Both the position numbers and the translations under genes were made by a program. From positions 729,059 to 793,058 of the forward strand of contig OZ199838.1 in assembly GCA_964304625.1 (NCBI GenBank): a DNA stretch of 64,000 bases, given 5' to 3'. The notes under the pieces were generated by a model. It had not been told where the DNA came from and did no database searches. It saw nothing but the letters and a program-made list of their open reading frames with translations. Source of the DNA: Kudoa neothunni (Eukaryota > Animalia > Cnidaria). Numbering within the stretch: position 1 is the first letter of the stretch; each line of letters begins with the position of its first letter. Below are positions 56,491-64,000 of this stretch, in pieces.

Positions 56491-58094
56491 TTATTCTTCA
56501 ATCGGCTTAGCCACTTTCTTTTGAATTGTTGAAGACGTTTCGGTATTATGATTCTGTTCTCTCTCAATAATGTAAACGCCAATTCTAAATTGAAATAGAC
56601 GATTGGTTTTCAAATTGCAACGATTACGTCCCAATAACGGTTGCCATAAAAGCTATAGTTCCAAATATAATATAGGTTAACCCAGGGAACCAATCAATGG
56701 TGTTTTTATAGATATAGTTGGAACGAACACGCCAACACTGGTTGATAATATTGTGAAAATGCTTTGTAATGGGAATATCAGTGCTAAAAATAATGATAAT
56801 AACCATAATAGTCAGAATACTGAAATAAATTAATAATAAAAATATACTCTTTGATTGACCTTTGAATACTTTTGAATGACAGGTATTAAACGTTGGTCTG
56901 AAAACATCCTGTAATATCAGAAAGATTGGAGCTGTGCATAATTTAGACACGAAATCACGCTAATCAAATTACCAAAATACAGGTACATATGATGGTTTGC
57001 AAAAGCAACCATGTAATAGAATGCCAAATGTAGAGGTGTCGCTAAGGCACATAATTTCCAACCGGCCAGATTTTTATTAAATATTTCTGATGCTAAAATA
57101 ATGAGCGTTGGCCCTAATCCACGGAACAGCCAGAAGATAGATAAAAGGAAACCACCCTGTTTGGAAGTAAAATTAAATTTGTTATTCATCGAATAAAGTT
57201 GATATAGTTTCTGTAATGATATATCCGCTATAATTAATTATGTACTGAAATTGATTAGGACTAATTATACAGAATCCAAGCATGATCTGGGAAATGAAAA
57301 TCATAATTGTTGGTAAGTTAAAGCTTTTAATGGTTTGAATAGTGGCATCTCCGATCCCAAGTACCTCACCATTCTGCTTGTTATCTTTTGGAATTACTCT
57401 TTCGAGCCACGCTGATAAACCAATTACGAATAATTCCATTGTTATCAATATTAAAAATGGTGTAAAATATCCGAGGTACATGATAAAGTATCCACTTAGA
57501 AAGGAACTTAAGCGTATAGCAGCAATCGTTGAAACTTCAATCCTTAAAAATTTTATTTTTGTATTAGTTTGATTGTTTGTGTATGAAATGTAGGTTTGTA
57601 CTAACGATTTAAGTGAACCGAAGCTTCCAAAAAAACTGGGAATAAAAACCAATCCAAACTAAATATTAATTTCAAAAAAAAAATTAACGTATACCTAAAT
57701 CACTTACATAGATATATAGAGATTTAGACGGAAAAAACCAAAGATAAATGCCAATAAGAGACGTTAACAAAGATGAAACGCAGGGGATCCAAATCAAATT
57801 GTCTGGCGAATAAACAAAAGATAAATAGTTGACATAAAATATTGAGATAAGCGTGGGTATTAATATGCCCCAATTAGACAAAATATTCCATCTGGCCAAC
57901 TGCTCGGAAACAAAATTGTTAAATGTTTTATTTTGGTAGCATTCATCTATAGATATGTTGTTATATGTTTGTTCACAAATATTCTTGAATATTAGCTGGC
58001 TCATCAGAGGTAGTTGCAGAAAATAAGCAACACTGAATAAGAATATGACAACTTCTATCAGCTTGACACTTTTGATAATTTCAATAAACTTCAT
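56491..58094 (-). CDS. SLC46-like MFS transporter, paralog B (single 1-nt frameshift near 56722)
   Basis: Introns 57659-57707, 57228-57270, 56932-56972, 56784-56847 and 56585-56627 occupy the same positions and phases as in paralog A; e.g. LIWIPCVSSLLTS, FIPSFFG..SLVQTY, TIDWFPGL. Confidence 0.85.
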
Positions 58095-58304
58095 TATTGA
58101 TGTATATTCTACTTATTGACTTTTATAAACAACTGAAAAATGATATTTTTGAAATATAAACTATAAAATGCTATCTATAAAATAATAACATAAAAAGAAG
58201 AACAACTTGGTATTAATTCCCTTAAATAAGCTATTTTTTGTTAATTAAGCCTTAATACTTCTTTTAATGTAAGCTATAATTCAATTTTTTTCTTTATGAT
58301 GATT

Positions 58305-59110
58305 ACACTAATGCAACTTTGCGATATCCGATCAATATTATACATCAATAATATAAATTCAATCTATTTATTAATTCCACGTGAGATCGATTCTTATGCC
58401 CTTTATTCAAGGATATATTTTTTTGTCAGATGTTAGATCAAAATATTTTACTAAGGGTTTGTCATCCATTATCGGATATTGTGATGATCAATTTCGGATT
58501 TTATGTAAATCAATTCCAGATTTTCGCGCAATAAAGCAACTGGTATAAATGTAATTCAATAAGTACTATTCAAAATAGGTTTATAGCTTTTTCATAATAT
58601 TAATCACGAGTAATATCCTCCATTAAATGACATTTCGTCAAAAACATTTCGGATTGATGACAAAAACTTTTGATTTCATCCTCCGAAACAGACTCTGCCG
58701 CAGTCATCATTCTTGAAATCAAATCATCCGTTCCGCGCTAAGGGCCGTCTTTTCTAACCCTAGATTTAATAAGCGAGAAGACTTCCTCAAACGGGTTAAG
58801 AAACGGTGAATAACTAGGCAGCTAACGTCGTTATCCCTCAAATTCGTCATAAAATTCCGCATTTGCGAGATGGAACCTTACATTATCCATGGCAATAGCG
58901 AAATTATCCTCCATAATATCTTCAATTTCTCCAAGGAAGTCACGGAATATGTCTGTGTTGACAGATAAAAATACAGCCTCGCAATGAACCAGGCCAGTTC
59001 TACATATCGCCAATACCATCGTAACGTTTGGACCACGACTATTTGGTAATGTCACATTAGGAGTTGTTCCTCTTTGTGACCTTTCGTGGGCCCTCAGCAT
59101 ATGGAGATTG
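58305..59110 (-). mobile_element. Tc1/IS630-like (DDE_3) transposon, 3' half
   Basis: RGPNVTMVLAI...G; MDNVRFH; LPSYSPFLNPFEEVFSLIKS. Confidence 0.85.
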
Positions 59111-59509
59111 AATTTTTTTTTATTGGAATCGAGGGAAAAATTTTAATTCAAGATAATGTTAGTTGGCAATTAAAGAATTTTAAGGATGAACATAAACAAA
59201 GATTTTAGGATAATAATATAAAGAAAATTATTCATATTGCGCTGAAAAATGAGTCAGAAATAAAATAGTATTTATAATTTTTAAGAACTGGTCATTCGCC
59301 AAATTTTATCCTAATTTAAAAGGACATAAATACTCTATTAATAAATATGATTAAAACAACAATTGTAAATTATTTTTCAGCCAAATAATCTTAATAATAG
59401 TTTGTTGTTCTTTTTAAATAAACGGTGTAGTACTCATGCTGAATAATAAAGAAAACGTAAAATAAAATTACTTGCATGCGTATTACCGGTGTGTATTATC
59501 AGTCGCAAC

Positions 59510-62389
59510 CAGGCAATGCCCATTCGTTCGTTCAAATTTCGTTTGTTCGTGTTCGTATCCGCTTTTAGATACATTACGTCTAAATTGAGTGTGGAAAATG
59601 TTGAAGGGGCCTTGAAAGCTGGTAGACTTTTCTCTTGGAAAAAACCTACAACGCGTTCTAAAGAATGGGACAATTTCTGTTCCATCTTTACTAAAGACGG
59701 GGTCGATACATCCCAAATTGATTTTATTGTTTGCACAAAGTGCAACAAAGTGCAACAAAGTATTCCCGCATAAGTCGTCTTACGGGAATAGGAAATTTAT
59801 TAGTCATAATAAGTTACACACTCGAACAAATAAAGATATAAAAATTATTGAATTATATGTTTCACCTCCCTTCATTGTTAATTTAAGCGTATCAGATCAG
59901 GTAATGTTTGACATTAAAATTGCTAATTTTGTAGCTGAAACAATCTCCCCGTTTACAATAACAGAAAGGGCATCGTTTACAGAGATGATAAACATGCATT
60001 TAACTTAGGAAATATTTCAATGAACCTAGTGCTAGGCTTAAAATTTTATCCAAAAATATGCGGTAAACAAATAATTATAAATGAATATGAGCGTATATAT
60101 TTAAAAAGGAACAAATTAATTAAAACAATCAATCCATTCATTGATATATCAGTGTTGTTTGTTAAAAGTTTCACCCTTCGACATTTCCAATATGACATGA
60201 TCTATTTTCCTGTGAAACACACCGCAGTAAATATAAATAAAATCTGCACGGAATTTTGTAGTAAATTTTCAGTTAACAAATCTGATCTAAGAATTGTTTG
60301 TGATTCCGAAACAAACAATCTATCAGGTCTAAGAGAGTTCAACACAATCAGGTGTGCTTCACACCGCCTTCACATTATTATATCTCAATTTTTTTTATGT
60401 AAACATTTTTGCATGTAACCATTATTGAAAAAAAATTAAGAATTAATACCAAAGATCCCGGAATCTTCGAAAAGCCACTCATTACGTTATGAACTGGATA
60501 GTGACTCAGAAGATTTACAATCAGAAATTCAACTGTACACCCAAGAAAAAGTCAGCCAGGTTTACCAAAACCACTCATGTATTGGGAAAACTCAAAGGTA
60601 ATCATAGAAAAATTGCAACTAAAGTGTATAGTCGTCGACCAGCATCCAATTCAATGTCAGAGAGGGTGTTTTCATACGCTTGAAAAATGTTATCCAAGTC
60701 TAGATATAGACTTGATCCAAACACATTAAGAAAATTAATAGTCTACACTAATACTATTAAGAATAAGACATTTTTGAAGTAAAATTAATTCACTTCTAAT
60801 TATTAAACTTTAAAATTAAGGTTTGAAAGTATTGTAATCATTCTAAAAAACGTCTAGACAGATTTGACTATAGCATTACTTAATATGGCGATCATCTCTT
60901 TCGTAAATCGAGTTAATTATCTCTGAAAAAAAAACACTGATGTCAAATTTTTATTTGGTATTAAAATAAGAAATTATGACATATGAGGAGGTAACATACC
61001 TCAACAAAATCTGTAGATCATGGTAAAGATCATAATTGTTTATATTCAATGCCTCATACTTTTTTCGCTCTAAATTTAATAGTAATTTCATATCCAAGGT
61101 CGTTTTGGTAATGGCGAAGTGATGGCACCTAAATACGTCTTCTCGCGCATTTTTTTCAATTTCTTTTTTTCTAAAAACATTGAATTTTTGTCTAATTTGT
61201 TTTGATATCCACTCATAAGTTGGTTATTTATCATATTATCTAGCATATAAACATAAATTTTACAATATCAGATTTATCTATACATGTTTTTATTGGTTTT
61301 AATTATGAATGGTTTGAAAACGAGGAAAACCACATGCTCTCAAAATGCATTTTCTTAATTTTCTTAGAACTGCTGAGTTTTTTTTAATAATACATCAAAA
61401 TTACATTTTAGGTAAACATTTAATTTCCATAGGTAAGTAAATTAAGGTTGATTATACGAAGTTATTATTTTATAGGAAATTTTCTTAGGTTTGTGTTTAG
61501 TATAATATTCGATTGACGTAAAAATGTTGTTATTTCAATATATTTATTAGTTTTAGTCGTATATATAAACCGATAAAAATAACAACCGTAGTTAACATAT
61601 AGTATTTTCGTATGGTAATATTCTTAATTCGTATATATTGCTGAAATTTTGGTTACTAAATTTTGACATATACAAAAACTTACAAAACAATAAAAATTTA
61701 CCTCAATATTTTTTCCCCCACATTTTCAAATACTAAAAAGTAAAAAAATTTAATAATACAATTTTATAATATTTATTTTCTGGATTTTAATAATAAAAAA
61801 TAAATAAATTCATAATTTCTAACAAAAAATTTAATGAAAAAAAATTATAAACTAAAACTATTCGAACGACAGTATTATATATGTTTTTAAATTATATAAG
61901 TATTTTCGTTATAGTGTAAAATGAGATCTTTTGTGAAACACGCAATAAGTTTATTCTTAAAGTTAGTCTATATAAAATTGTTATATATCAACAGTTAAAA
62001 CCTAAATAGTAATAATAAATAACTTTTGGATTAATAACTAAATGAGAAACGGAAAAATTCAATGTTTGTTGAAAAAATATGGAGATTACATGTGTAATCG
62101 ACTGCGATCGGATGAAAAATTCTGAAAATTTTGAAGTTATTATTTTAAGCTAAATTTTTTCTCATCTTATTCTTTTATTTTAGTATGGACAATCGTGCAC
62201 CAGCGCTATGGTCCATAGTCAACTAAAAGGTCCCGCCACTTTTATCTTGGAAGGTTATGGTTCGACCCTCGTCCGCTACACCGTGTACTTTATCACTATC
62301 CCCGCACACGAAACACACGAATAGTTTCGTTCGTGGTTATAAATATGAAGAAAACTTCGGTCGATCATGACACGAACGGGCATTGTCTG
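59510..62389 (+). mobile_element. hAT DNA transposon copy 2 (internally deleted)
   Basis: TIRs CAGGCAATGCCCATTCGT / ACGAACGGGCATTGTCTG (16/18); 8-bp TSD GTCGCAAC / TTTGCAAC (6/8); BED finger CTKC..H..LH; RCASH; dimerization domain PASNSMSERVFS...RYRLDP. Confidence 0.9.
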
Positions 62390-64000
62390 TTTGCAACGGT
62401 TAATACGCAGTTTTTTGATGGTCATGAGGGGATTACTTATTATCGGTTGCCTACTGTAAATATATGTTTCCATATCAATCAATTATACGAAAATCTAATA
62501 TCTACCCCCTTATTTTGAGGTAATATTCTTTTTAATATAATTTATAAATCCCAAACTTCTATTACAAGATTATGATGAAGTAATTTTTTCATAATTTCAC
62601 TTTTATTAATTATTTTGTCACCTATAAATACAAAACTATGAAGTCTGAAAATATTAATAAACGAAATAGTTATGCGTGGTAATTCCTATCCTGCAACAAC
62701 AGGAACTTAATTATATATTAAAGTGATATATTAAACGTAATATTGATTTCATATGACGATGAATAATTTTTAGATTACTAAAATAAAAAAAATCCCAAAT
62801 GTTTGTTGTTATTATTTATTAATTAATGTACGTTTTGATACTTTCAAGGCTTACACTCAGATAAATAAACAAATCCTTAATTGAGAACATTTAAAAACAA
62901 TTATAATAAAATAATTATATGTTCCTATTTCCAACCTAAATTATCCGATAATCTTCCTTATCTTGTTTCGATTTTTGTTTTGAAAATTTTTATGATTTTA
63001 TGCGTGAAATTTAAAAAATATTAACAATAACATCAATCCTATATTATAATTATTTATTTTTCTGATATCATGTTATACTGATATTTTTATTGTAATTACA
63101 TATTTTGCTAAAAATATAATGTATTTATTCCACATTCGACGAGTTATTTAACATCTTTTACATCCCATTCATTATAAATAAAATTATTTAATTTTAGTAA
63201 AATAATCAGGCATAAAGATTAAGTTTACGAAGAAATTTTAAAAAATTACAAAATAATAGTTTAGCAAACAATATTTAAAATCTATGTCGTTTAAACAATT
63301 CCAATTAATGCGAAGGATATCGTGTTCAATTTTTACAATAGTTCAAATCTGTAAGTATAGTTCCATGTATAATAATGAATAAATAAAATAATTTTATTAA
63401 TTAACTGGCTATTGACACGGTAAATAATATTCGGGTGCTATTAGTTTTGACTATATTAATTATTAGCTCACGCTCGAGGTTCTTGCCCAATGTTTTTACT
63501 TAATCAATTTTTTTTTGTAATTTTTATTATTTTATTAAAATATTAATAAAATAAAACATAGAGAGAATAGGTTTCTTTAATTCATGAAAATCGCACAACA
63601 TGAATTCTGAAGCTGATATCTCCACCAAATTGTTTTCAACAATTTAAATTAAATGTTGTTTCAATATATGTTAATACATTGGTGTATGTTATGCGGCGTA
63701 TTTTTAGTATTTCAATGTTTTATCGGAATATCTAAATCGAATAATCAGATTATTTTATTTAATTAATCATCACATGCTCCCGTTAAATTTGTTCAAGTTA
63801 TTTTTCCATAAAAAAATAATTAATTAGTGAACAATATATTTTAAGTTTCTAAATACACGAAAAATAGATCAAATTACCTTCCCCACAAAAGAATAATAAT
63901 AATAATCATCTAAATATAACACCATATATTCTCGTGCACTGTGTCACGTTATACTCGGAATATGACCCTGATATTATGCAGAAAAGTAAATACAAATAAA

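Noticed and set aside
1-64000. CRISPR arrays, rRNA, tRNA
   Set aside because: No regularly spaced repeats or recognisable structural RNA genes seen by eye; only short (TA)n tracts

Overview
Very AT-rich (roughly 25% GC by eye) eukaryotic DNA, almost certainly animal. It has tiny spliceosomal GT-AG introns (mostly 38-53 nt), which fragment the supplied ORF track. Metazoan-type genes, extreme protein divergence and miniature introns fit a reduced parasite such as a myxozoan; this is inference, not established. Manual splicing recovers: three degenerate CD39/NTPDase-like paralogs, a probable GPI-anchored orphan surface protein, a secreted five-domain Kunitz protein, two SLC46-like MFS transporters, two secreted saposin-like paralogs, an augmin subunit HAUS1 gene with two frame breaks, and a small orphan gene. 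These sit among decayed DNA transposons (hAT, piggyBac, Merlin/ISXO2-like, Tc1/IS630-like, pogo/Tigger, MITEs). Most notable: (1) a cluster of secreted or surface proteins built on host-interaction folds that have lost canonical catalytic or disulfide residues; (2) a nested mirror arrangement hAT(-) SLC46(+) saposin(+) | saposin(-) SLC46(-) hAT(+) across 19-62 kb. All family calls come from motif recognition by eye, with no database search.
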